Origin: a virus
Direction: 5' to 3' (one strand)
Length of the DNA: 64,000 nt
IMG/VR virus record: IMGVR_UViG_3300027808_000009
Span: 32,001 to 96,000 of that record
Shown here: in pieces, positions 36,933 to 46,537 of the stretch
How the letters are laid out: each line of letters begins with the position of its first letter
Position numbering within the stretch: position 1 is the first letter of the stretch
The notes under the pieces: model-generated
Seen by the model: the letters and a program-made list of their open reading frames with translations, nothing else
The model's database searches: none
Told to the model about the DNA's origin: nothing
Position numbers and translations under genes: made by a program

Positions 36933-39900
36933 ATGGCAAAGAAAAATATACAAGATACATCACAGAATAAAACAAATACTTTTGTAAAAGGATTAAATAA
37001 AGATTCAGATCCTACATTTGTTGCTGAAGGTATGTGGACACATGCGCGTAATGCTGTAAACAATACTCTTGAAGGTAATATAGGAACTTTATCTAATGAA
37101 ACATCAAATGTATATTGTGTTGAAGCAGGTGCAACATTACCAGGTAAAAAATATATCATAGGTACAATTCATTTATACAGTGATAAATGGATAATATTTA
37201 CGGTTGCCTATCCAACTACTGGAGTAGGTACACCTACAGGACATGAAATAGGGTTATTTGAAGAAGATAGATGTACATACAGAATAATTGTACAAGATGA
37301 TTGTTTAAACTTTGATAAAAGAAATTTAATAACTGGTGCCTCAAGAGAAAAAGAAGATTGCTCATGGGGTGTATATTTTGCTGATGGTAAAAATCCAGAT
37401 AGATATTTAAACATTGGTGATAATGATTTATGGCCAAGTTCTGATTATGCATGGATTGGAAATAATAAATACGGTAATATTACTAGTGGTGCTACTATGC
37501 AATGGCCAGGTGTACAATGGAAACAACTTTGTCATACAGATTCAGGATGTCAACAAGTTTATCCTGATGAATGGCCATTAGGTTGTCCAGGAGCTAATGA
37601 CTGTATAATATGTGAAGACACAACAATGTTAAGTTGTGAAGATTTAAGATTAGCAAGATTAATGGAAACACCAACAATTCAAGTTAAACCAGGAGTTGGT
37701 GGTGGGGTATTAAGAAATGGTTCTTATTTTGCAGTTTTAGCATACACTATTAAAGGTCAGAGAGTTACAGATTATTTTTCACCAAGTAATACTCAACCAT
37801 TATGGAATGTTGATGATGTTGCAAGTTGTATTGATATATTTATTTCTGCAGATAATAATCATTTTGAAGAATTTGAATTAGTAGTAGTACAAATAATTAA
37901 TCAAGGAGCAGTTGCTAAAAGAATCGGTATATATTCTACTAATACATCAGTAATACACCTTGACCAAATCAAAGATGATTTAATCACTATACCAATAGAA
38001 CAAATACCATTAAGAAACATAGTATATGAAACTTCAGATCAGATGACTGAGGTTAATGATTACTTGTTAAGAATTGCTCCAAGATCTAAATTTGATTTTA
38101 ACTATCAACCTTTAGCTAATCAGATACAATCACAATGGACATCAGTAGAATATCCAGCAAATTACTATGTACAAGGAGGAAGTAATACAAATTACTTAAG
38201 AGATGAAGTATATACATTCTTTATAAGATGGGTATATAATACAGGAGATAAAACATCTTCATATCATATACCAGGTAGAGTTGCAGGTACATTCAATGGA
38301 ATACCAGAAACACAACTTACAGCAGATCAAAATTCTTTAAGTCCAGATGATAGATACTTTGAAGTATATAATACTGCAACAGCAAGTGCAGCACCTGGTA
38401 CAGTTTTACCTGATGGAGGTATTGTAGTTGCTCAAGGAAGAATGGGTTACTGGGAGTCAACTGAAAAGTATCCAGATAATAGACATGATATATGGGATGC
38501 TTCATCTCAATGTTGGTCAGGTACAACTGATCCACAATTTGATTTATGTGGTAAATATATTAGACACCATAAGTTTCCTGATAACATAACTGGAGGAGGT
38601 AATTTAACAAATCATTATTCACAAGGTGGTCAAGCTATTAGATTAATGGGTGTTGTTTTTAATAATATTATTTTACCAAAAGATAATGATGGAAATGATA
38701 TACCAGGTATAGTAGGTTATGAAATACTAAGAGGATCAAGAGAAGGTAATAGATCTATTATTGCTAAAGGTATGTTAAACAATATGCGTACTTATGAACT
38801 TAAAGGTAATGATGCAGGTGGTAGAAAAGGATTATATCCTAATTATCCATTTAATACTATTACACCTTTATCATCATCAATTGGTGGACATGTTGCAGGA
38901 TATAATGATCCTTATATTAGATTAAAAGATGATGTTGCACAGGATATACCACTTAACATGGTAACATTTCACTCACCTGATACTAATTTTAGAACACCCT
39001 TTTTATCTACAACTGAATTAAAATTATATGGTAGAGTATCTGGTACATCAACACAGTTTTTTCAAGAACCAGATCAGCATCCTCAATTTAAATTACTTGC
39101 TGATTTTGTTATTATTGTTGCAGTTATTGCTGGTGTAATTGAAATGGCAATTCAAAATGGAGGTAAATGGACTATTCAACAAAATGGACCAGTAGCAGCA
39201 ACAGGCGGTGGAGATGTTAGTGCATTAGCAGCTCGCCCAGCTGCTGGTGTTTTTCAAGGAGTTCAAGCTGCATATGAAATAGGTTTACAAGCTTATTTTG
39301 GTCTTGGAGGATTTCTTGCTGATTCACTAGTTCCTTTTCTTAATCCTGCATTAGCCGTTACAAATATTCAAACAATATATGACGCAGCAACTGTTGTAGC
39401 TGCAACAGCAGGTGCTACATCTCCTTTAGGAAATACATATACTAAGGAAATTCCTAGATATCAATATGCAGGTCTTATTGGTGCAGGTAATTTTTTACAA
39501 CAATCAATATCTTATTTTGCTGAAGGTGCTAATACATCAATAAGACTTGCTTATGCTTTAATACCTTATAGACAATTTGCTTTACAATCAATAGCTGAAG
39601 GTTTCTATAGTAATTTTAACTCACCTAATTACTCACAAGTTCAAAGATTTAATATTGAAGATAGTTTTTATTTAAAAAACAATATACAAAATGTTAAACC
39701 ATTTAGTGGTATTAATTATGTAATTAATAATCTTAAAAGACAAACATCAGTTACATTAAGAACATCATCAGGTAGTACAGTTAAAGTTAATAATGGTCCA
39801 GATTATATTACAGGACCAGGAGAAGATAAATCATTAGTTACATTAGGTACTGCAATACAAGCAGGTATTGGTTTACCAGTAGATATGACTGATAATAAAA

Positions 39901-42233
39901 CTAATACATTTAGATTACCTATTGCAAGTCACTATGGTGGTATTAAAGTAAGATTGAGAAACCAATATGGTCAATTAGATTCTATTAAACAAATACCAAT
40001 TACACCTTATGAACAAAAATTTAGTTATAATGGTGAAAATATACCCAGGTCAAGAAGTTCATTTTACTGTACAATAAGTACTCCAAATGGAAATAGAAAT
40101 GTTGAGGTAACTCTTAAAGTAATATCACAAACACCAGTATTCTTTGGTGGTGATACATATGTAAATAGATATACTGAAAAGAATAATATGTTCTTCTTCT
40201 ATGACTGGTTGTATGGTCAACCTGATGGATATGAATATAATTATATTCTAAGACACATGATTGCTGAACCTAGATTCTGGGCAAATAGTCAATTATATGA
40301 TGTAGCAGATGCTACACCAACATCTATTGCTGAGTTAATTGATCCTCCTCCGGGAACTGGTTATAAACCAACAAATTATTATAATTTAGACTATTATGTA
40401 GATGATAATAGAAAATATGACTATTATGATGATAAACCAAAACCATTAAGTCCTAGTGATAACTATCCTGGAATATTTGGAGCTAAAAATTCATATTTCT
40501 ATTTATCTAATTCATCAATAAGAGATTTCTTTGTTGAGTCAGATGTATTAGTAGACTTTAGAGAACCTGGTACTGAAGTATGGGAACAACATTATGACCG
40601 TAATACTTATACAAATTTACCTGCAATGTTTAATATGAATCCTGATACTATATCTAAAGGAAACTATTATGCATATGATTATTCATTAAGTATATCTAAA
40701 GTATTTACTCAATATTTTTCTCAAGGTAATTTACAATCAAGATATTACAATCCAATTGTATCTAACTTATGTTATACTTACTATCCTGATAGAGTTGTTT
40801 ACTCATTGCCACAACAGAATGAATCATCTAAAGATTCATGGTTTGTTTATCTAGTTAATAACTATAAAGAATTTAAAAATAGAATTACAAGTATAAAACC
40901 ATATGCTAAAACTGGTATGTTTATTACATTCCAGAACTCTAGTCCATTAGTATATCAAGGTGTTGATACTCTTGAAACAGATCTAGGTACTAAACTTACT
41001 ATAGGTGATGGTGGTTTATTTGCAAATCCTCCTCAGAATGTAACTATATCTGATGTAGAATATGAATATGGTTCATCTCAAAATAAGTTTGGTGTAATTG
41101 CTACTCCAGCAGGTATGTATTATATATCTCAAAATCAAGGAAGAGTATTTGCATTTGAAGGTGGTCTAAAAGAAATATCTCAACAAGGTATGAAATGGTG
41201 GTTTAGTTTATTCTTACCATATAAACTTACTGAAGATTTTCCTGATTATCCACATACTGATAATCCTGTTGCAGGAATTGGTACACAAGCTGTATATGAT
41301 AACTACAATGGAGTTATTTATTTCTGTAAAAAAGATTATAAATTAAGAAATGATTTAACTCCAGGTACAATTGTTACTTATGATTCATACGGAGATTACT
41401 TTTTAGTTAATGGTCAAGCAAGAGTTGAGTTAGGTGATCCTCTTATATTTGAAAATGCATCGTGGACAGCAAGTTTTGACCCTAAGAGTGATTATTGGAT
41501 TTCATATCATGACTGGCATCCAGATTTTGTGTTACCTGCAAGACAATTCTTTATGACAACTAAAGAAGGTAGATTATGGAAACATAATGTAGCATGTAAT
41601 AGTTACTGTAATTTCTATGGTGTTCAGCATCCATTTGAAGTTGAGATACCATTAATAACAGGACAAACAATTACTACTCTTAAATCAATGGAGTATATTC
41701 TTGAATGTTATAAAAATAGTCCAATAAATTGTATTGATCAGTATCATGTACTTGATTATAACTTTGATAAAGCAGTAGTATATAATTCTGAGCAAGTATC
41801 TGGATATTTAAATCTTAATATATTCCCTAAGAATAATATTACACTTGCTAATACCTATCCTAAAGTTAATATAACATCTATTGATGTACTATTTTCTAAA
41901 GAGGAAAACAAATATAGATTTAATCAATTCTGGGATATAACTAAAAATAGAGGAGAGTTTCCTATAGGTTCTAATTACCCTCCTACTGGACCATTAGTTC
42001 CAGGCACAACTGTACTTGCTGGTAACTATACTCAAGAAGTAATATGGAATACTCAATCTAATGGTTATATTAAAACATTAAATACTACTAACTTAGATTA
42101 TACTAAGAATCAACTTGAGAGAAAAAAATTCAGACACTATTTAAATTTCTTATATTTGAGCAAAGCTAATTCTCAAGATGTAAATATGATAGTTAAAATT
42201 AGTAATAGTAAAAATCAAATATCACTCAGATAA
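36933..42233 (+). CDS. Tail stabilisation / muzzle protein (P22 gp10-like, crAss Tstab)
   Basis: 1766 aa; N-terminal FVKGLNKD...ARNAVN motif, beta-propeller-like middle; position between ring genes and cargo genes. Confidence 0.75.
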   Translation: MAKKNIQDTSQNKTNTFVKGLNKDSDPTFVAEGMWTHARNAVNNTLEGNIGTLSNETSNVYCVEAGATLPGKKYIIGTIHLYSDKWIIFTVAYPTTGVGTPTGHEIGLFEEDRCTYRIIVQDDCLNFDKRNLITGASREKEDCSWGVYFADGKNPDRYLNIGDNDLWPSSDYAWIGNNKYGNITSGATMQWPGVQWKQLCHTDSGCQQVYPDEWPLGCPGANDCIICEDTTMLSCEDLRLARLMETPTIQVKPGVGGGVLRNGSYFAVLAYTIKGQRVTDYFSPSNTQPLWNVDDVASCIDIFISADNNHFEEFELVVVQIINQGAVAKRIGIYSTNTSVIHLDQIKDDLITIPIEQIPLRNIVYETSDQMTEVNDYLLRIAPRSKFDFNYQPLANQIQSQWTSVEYPANYYVQGGSNTNYLRDEVYTFFIRWVYNTGDKTSSYHIPGRVAGTFNGIPETQLTADQNSLSPDDRYFEVYNTATASAAPGTVLPDGGIVVAQGRMGYWESTEKYPDNRHDIWDASSQCWSGTTDPQFDLCGKYIRHHKFPDNITGGGNLTNHYSQGGQAIRLMGVVFNNIILPKDNDGNDIPGIVGYEILRGSREGNRSIIAKGMLNNMRTYELKGNDAGGRKGLYPNYPFNTITPLSSSIGGHVAGYNDPYIRLKDDVAQDIPLNMVTFHSPDTNFRTPFLSTTELKLYGRVSGTSTQFFQEPDQHPQFKLLADFVIIVAVIAGVIEMAIQNGGKWTIQQNGPVAATGGGDVSALAARPAAGVFQGVQAAYEIGLQAYFGLGGFLADSLVPFLNPALAVTNIQTIYDAATVVAATAGATSPLGNTYTKEIPRYQYAGLIGAGNFLQQSISYFAEGANTSIRLAYALIPYRQFALQSIAEGFYSNFNSPNYSQVQRFNIEDSFYLKNNIQNVKPFSGINYVINNLKRQTSVTLRTSSGSTVKVNNGPDYITGPGEDKSLVTLGTAIQAGIGLPVDMTDNKTNTFRLPIASHYGGIKVRLRNQYGQLDSIKQIPITPYEQKFSYNGENIPRSRSSFYCTISTPNGNRNVEVTLKVISQTPVFFGGDTYVNRYTEKNNMFFFYDWLYGQPDGYEYNYILRHMIAEPRFWANSQLYDVADATPTSIAELIDPPPGTGYKPTNYYNLDYYVDDNRKYDYYDDKPKPLSPSDNYPGIFGAKNSYFYLSNSSIRDFFVESDVLVDFREPGTEVWEQHYDRNTYTNLPAMFNMNPDTISKGNYYAYDYSLSISKVFTQYFSQGNLQSRYYNPIVSNLCYTYYPDRVVYSLPQQNESSKDSWFVYLVNNYKEFKNRITSIKPYAKTGMFITFQNSSPLVYQGVDTLETDLGTKLTIGDGGLFANPPQNVTISDVEYEYGSSQNKFGVIATPAGMYYISQNQGRVFAFEGGLKEISQQGMKWWFSLFLPYKLTEDFPDYPHTDNPVAGIGTQAVYDNYNGVIYFCKKDYKLRNDLTPGTIVTYDSYGDYFLVNGQARVELGDPLIFENASWTASFDPKSDYWISYHDWHPDFVLPARQFFMTTKEGRLWKHNVACNSYCNFYGVQHPFEVEIPLITGQTITTLKSMEYILECYKNSPINCIDQYHVLDYNFDKAVVYNSEQVSGYLNLNIFPKNNITLANTYPKVNITSIDVLFSKEENKYRFNQFWDITKNRGEFPIGSNYPPTGPLVPGTTVLAGNYTQEVIWNTQSNGYIKTLNTTNLDYTKNQLERKKFRHYLNFLYLSKANSQDVNMIVKISNSKNQISLR

Positions 42234-43771
42234 TGGGATTTAATAAAAAAGTATTATCTAAAGCTGTATCAGAATTAGGTAAAGCAAAAGCACCTGGTAA
42301 ACCAAGAGATATAATAACTGATCCTGCTGGTCAATGGAAATACCCAGGTCAGAAAACCAGGATTCCTGGTAGTAGTATTACTATGCAAGGTGTTAATTAT
42401 CCTGTATGGGCTCAACCTAATGTTGGTCCTGGATCAATGATGCAACCTAATCAAGATTATAACTTTCCTGGTGCATCTTATGTAGATGAAACACCAATTG
42501 CTAGAAAAGGTGGTACTCTTAAAAGTCATAGATACTCAAAGAGCATGTCTGCTACTAATAAACTATTTACTAAGAATAGGTTGTTTAAAAACATGAAGAG
42601 TAAGATATTTGATCCTAACTCTAAGTTTCAAAAAGGAGGTTCTAAATTGGGCCCTATTAATCTTGATCCTAATCCATTAAGTCACTATGAATTAAACTAT
42701 GGTTTTAATCTACCTACAGAAGAAGACGGTGGAGAACCATATGCTGAAGAACTAGAGCTTACTGATGAAGAAATACAAGCATATAGAGATGGAGGTTATG
42801 TAGTAGAAGAAGTAGCTGAATATAAAATAGGTGGTTATGTACAACATGAACTAGTTAAAGCTCAAAAAGGTCTTACTAAAAAACCATTAGAGATTGCTGA
42901 TCCTAAAGAATTTGCTTATAGAGATAGAGCTTATAAAGATAGTTTAGATATGTATAAGAATAATCTTCTTGCTACAAAATATTATGACTTAGCAAATAAT
43001 CCAGCATATGAAGATGACTTTTTTATTAATGCAAAAAAGGGATCTACGTATATTGAAAAAATGAAAAAGATTAAAAAAAATTCTCCTGCAAAATTTAATA
43101 GTGTATTTGATAAACAAAAAAAACCAGTACAACCTGTTGTATTTAAAAATGGTATAACAAATATAAACTATACAAAATCTAAACTTACACCATCTAAAAA
43201 AGATGATTTTATTAGTATACCTCAAAGAAAAAAAATTGAATCATTAAGCACTCAATTTGAAAAACAAAAAATTGATGATAGAATAATTACTGATACAGAT
43301 GTAGTACCAGAAGGTTATAGAAGAATAGGTAATTTATATACTGCATCTCGTGATGAAAAAACTGGTAAAGTAACTGAGAAAGAAAAGTTTATGCATGAAC
43401 TAATTCCTCATCTTAATACAAGACCAATACAACAATTTGCATCTTCAGAGCAAAGTATTATACCAGGAAAACCATATGTTAAACCTAAACCTAATGTAGG
43501 ACCAAGATATGGTACATTAGCTGGTGATGAAAATTTAGAATTACCAGCAGGTTATACTCAACAAGAAAGAGAAGCAGCTAGAAGACAAAGAGATGCTCAA
43601 GAATTTCAACGTAAAACTCTTGAGTACCAACAACAACAAAGAGGTAATTCTCCTGTTGCTCAAATGCGTAAACAAGGTGGTGCAATTACTGAATCTTGGG
43701 AAGATGAATTAGATGACCATACTATAGAATTATTAAGAAAAGCAGGTTATACCGTTGAAGAACTTGATTAA
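42233..43771 (+). CDS. Putative cargo/internal virion protein 1 (512 aa)
   Basis: Cys-free; GQWKYPGQ.T.IP...ITMQGV.YPV N-terminal domain; five xxxGG motifs. Confidence 0.55.
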   Translation: MGFNKKVLSKAVSELGKAKAPGKPRDIITDPAGQWKYPGQKTRIPGSSITMQGVNYPVWAQPNVGPGSMMQPNQDYNFPGASYVDETPIARKGGTLKSHRYSKSMSATNKLFTKNRLFKNMKSKIFDPNSKFQKGGSKLGPINLDPNPLSHYELNYGFNLPTEEDGGEPYAEELELTDEEIQAYRDGGYVVEEVAEYKIGGYVQHELVKAQKGLTKKPLEIADPKEFAYRDRAYKDSLDMYKNNLLATKYYDLANNPAYEDDFFINAKKGSTYIEKMKKIKKNSPAKFNSVFDKQKKPVQPVVFKNGITNINYTKSKLTPSKKDDFISIPQRKKIESLSTQFEKQKIDDRIITDTDVVPEGYRRIGNLYTASRDEKTGKVTEKEKFMHELIPHLNTRPIQQFASSEQSIIPGKPYVKPKPNVGPRYGTLAGDENLELPAGYTQQEREAARRQRDAQEFQRKTLEYQQQQRGNSPVAQMRKQGGAITESWEDELDDHTIELLRKAGYTVEELD

Positions 43772-43811
43772 ACTTTTAATGTTTATTGAGTAAACCAAAA
43801 ATTATTATATT
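43769..43811 (+). promoter_or_regulatory. Putative promoter: TAAAC-N7-GTTTA, 20 nt, TATATT
   Basis: Dyad 43769-43785 and TATATT 43806-43811; identical spacing to 49115-49157. Confidence 0.5.
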
Positions 43812-43831
43812 TAATATATATTATACATTAT

Positions 43832-46528
43832 ATGAAAAAGAGAGTAAGAGTATATAAAGCAGGAGGTCAATCAAATGCAGTTTCTCAAGAACAACAGATT
43901 GAAGCATATCTTACACAAGAGATGTCAGCTGACACTTATGATGGTGATGTTGATGCATTAAAAGATAACCTACTTAATGCCGGTATTGATGAAGATGTTG
44001 CTGATGATTATATAACAAGTGTTAGTGATGATCTTGGTTTAAATCAAGATACTTTATCTACTGAAGAAGAACAACAACTTATTGCTCAACAAGAACAACT
44101 AGCTGCAGAAAAAAAACAAGCTTTATTAGAACAAGAAGCTGCTGCAGAAAAAGCAAGAAAAGCACAACTTGCTGCAATATATGATACTGATATTGATATG
44201 TCAACTACTGAAGATACAGCAGAAGATGAAGAAAACTATATGAGACAAGGTGGTACTAAACCTAGTAAAAGAAATTTTATAAAACAATATACTAAGTTTG
44301 CTAAAATGGCAAGAGGTGGTGATACACCTACTCCAGGTTCTAATGATGTACTTAATGGTAGAGAATCACATGTTAAAGGCTTTTTAGGAGCAGTTAAAAA
44401 TACTGCCGATGAAGCAGCAATGAGACAAGAAGCGGAAGCTCAATACAATTCTGCATATGGTGCTCCTCAAGTTGGAGCATTTCAAGAAGGTGGTATACAT
44501 CAAGAAGAAATTGATCCTGAAAATCCATTACACCATTTAAGTACATATGGTACTGATACAAGACATATATTCTCTGATGATATGTATACTCAAAATGATG
44601 TTGCAGCAATGGAACAATTTGGAGGTAATACTGGTCAAGGTTTATATAAATTTATTGGTGGAGGAGATAATGAATCTGCTGATGAAGAATACCAAGATGC
44701 TGATATAGATTTCAATCAGGAACAATATCAAATGGGTGGATTCAAAATGCCAAAAAGATCAGGTAGACAATATACTCAAGCAGTTAGTTCACCTTACTAT
44801 ACAGCTACAGGTGAAAGAACTCAAGCTCCTAATCTTGCAGGTAGACAAGTATCAAGTGTTAAAGTAACCGATAGAGGTATTTTAGGTAGACCAAAAGCCT
44901 ATACAATAAACTATGGTAATTCAAATACCACTGGATCTAATGCTACTCCACAAATTAAAATGCCTACTGAAGATCAAGCAAGAACACTTGATGCAAATGC
45001 TGCTAGTGGTAAAGATAACTATGTACTTTCAAAAAATCTTGCTGATCAAATGTCTAATAAACAAGCAAGAAACAATAGACAACCAGTTGCTGATTGGATG
45101 ATGAGATCTGGTATACCAGGTATTAAACAAATGGGAGCACATATGACTAGATCAGGTGCTATTCCTGAAATACCTCAAGGTACACAATCAAATGCAGCTC
45201 AAGCACCAGCAAGCAATATGCCTTATTATCCTCCAATGACAGCACGTGCTCAAAGAAGAGAAGCAAGAGATGATAGTAAACTTAATAGATTTTTAGGTAA
45301 CAATGAGGCTGATGTATTTAATGATCCAAAAGAAGTTGCAAGAATACAAAGAAGTAATCCAGGTTATGTACCCTTTGGTGAAGCAACTCCAAATGAAAAT
45401 GCACCAGTACCAGTAAACGGTCAGTTAGATCCAAATGTAATGAGTGCTCTTAATGCAGGTAAAAATAACCCAGAAGTAAAAGCTAAAGCTAAATTAGAAG
45501 ATAAAAAAGAAGAAGCAAAAGCAGTTGAACAAGAAGATGAAAAAGTTGATGCAGTAGTAAATCCGTTATTACAAGCTGAAAGTGTACAAGCTGCAATTGA
45601 TAACAATACAGCAGGTGGTTTAAATAAAAAAGCATTAAACTATGATTATGCAAATGATCCTGGTGCTAAAGCATTTCAAAATAAATACCCATCTTTTAGT
45701 GATGGAAGTGATGGAAGAAATGAAGAGTTTTGGTCTCAACAACAACCACAAGGTGCTAATAAATATTCTCCTGAGAAAGCAGCAAAAATGAAGGCAATGG
45801 GCTTAAACCCAGATATATATGGTCATCATTATTTATATCAAAATCCTGATAAATTTAAAGAATACGGTGGTCCAGTAGATTATACAGAATATGCATATGG
45901 CGGTGATATTGCCGTACCAGAATTATATAGAGCACAACAGGGTATGCAAGTAGGTTTTGATCCTAATGCTAACAATATGAATATTAGCAATCTTCAAGGA
46001 TTTTTTGATAAAGCACCTACTAAAGATGTTGCTGGTAATGAAATAACTGCAACAGTTCCGGCAAACATGCAACCAGATAATATTACAATTGATCCAAATC
46101 AAGCTAATGCTGAATCAGTAACTGATCAACCAGATAATATTTCTCAAGATTATAAAATCAAAAAAAATTGGGGTAAAATTGGTAGTGATGTAGCTGATGT
46201 AGCTGCTATTGGTAAAGTAGGTCTTTTAGCTGGATTAGATACTCTTGATAAAATTAATGCAAGAAAACAAGAGAATCAAATGCTTGCTAATACAACTTCT
46301 GCCGAAGCTAATTATGGAGTAAGTAATATAAAAAAGAAAGGTGATTATGATCCTAACTCAGGTTTATTTAGACCAGATCAAATGGGTTCTAATGCAGTTG
46401 TTAAATATGGAGGTGGTATTTATGCTATGGGTGGTAACACTGAAGATGAAGATGAGGATATTCAATACATGACTCAAGAAGAGATAGATGACTTCATGGC
46501 TAATGGAGGAGAATTAGAATACTTATAA
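43832..46528 (+). CDS. Putative cargo/internal virion protein 2 (898 aa), largely disordered
   Basis: Cys-free, Q/E/D/N-rich, about 12 xxxGG motifs. Confidence 0.6.
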   Translation: MKKRVRVYKAGGQSNAVSQEQQIEAYLTQEMSADTYDGDVDALKDNLLNAGIDEDVADDYITSVSDDLGLNQDTLSTEEEQQLIAQQEQLAAEKKQALLEQEAAAEKARKAQLAAIYDTDIDMSTTEDTAEDEENYMRQGGTKPSKRNFIKQYTKFAKMARGGDTPTPGSNDVLNGRESHVKGFLGAVKNTADEAAMRQEAEAQYNSAYGAPQVGAFQEGGIHQEEIDPENPLHHLSTYGTDTRHIFSDDMYTQNDVAAMEQFGGNTGQGLYKFIGGGDNESADEEYQDADIDFNQEQYQMGGFKMPKRSGRQYTQAVSSPYYTATGERTQAPNLAGRQVSSVKVTDRGILGRPKAYTINYGNSNTTGSNATPQIKMPTEDQARTLDANAASGKDNYVLSKNLADQMSNKQARNNRQPVADWMMRSGIPGIKQMGAHMTRSGAIPEIPQGTQSNAAQAPASNMPYYPPMTARAQRREARDDSKLNRFLGNNEADVFNDPKEVARIQRSNPGYVPFGEATPNENAPVPVNGQLDPNVMSALNAGKNNPEVKAKAKLEDKKEEAKAVEQEDEKVDAVVNPLLQAESVQAAIDNNTAGGLNKKALNYDYANDPGAKAFQNKYPSFSDGSDGRNEEFWSQQQPQGANKYSPEKAAKMKAMGLNPDIYGHHYLYQNPDKFKEYGGPVDYTEYAYGGDIAVPELYRAQQGMQVGFDPNANNMNISNLQGFFDKAPTKDVAGNEITATVPANMQPDNITIDPNQANAESVTDQPDNISQDYKIKKNWGKIGSDVADVAAIGKVGLLAGLDTLDKINARKQENQMLANTTSAEANYGVSNIKKKGDYDPNSGLFRPDQMGSNAVVKYGGGIYAMGGNTEDEDEDIQYMTQEEIDDFMANGGELEYL

Positions 46529-46537
46529 TTTTGTATT

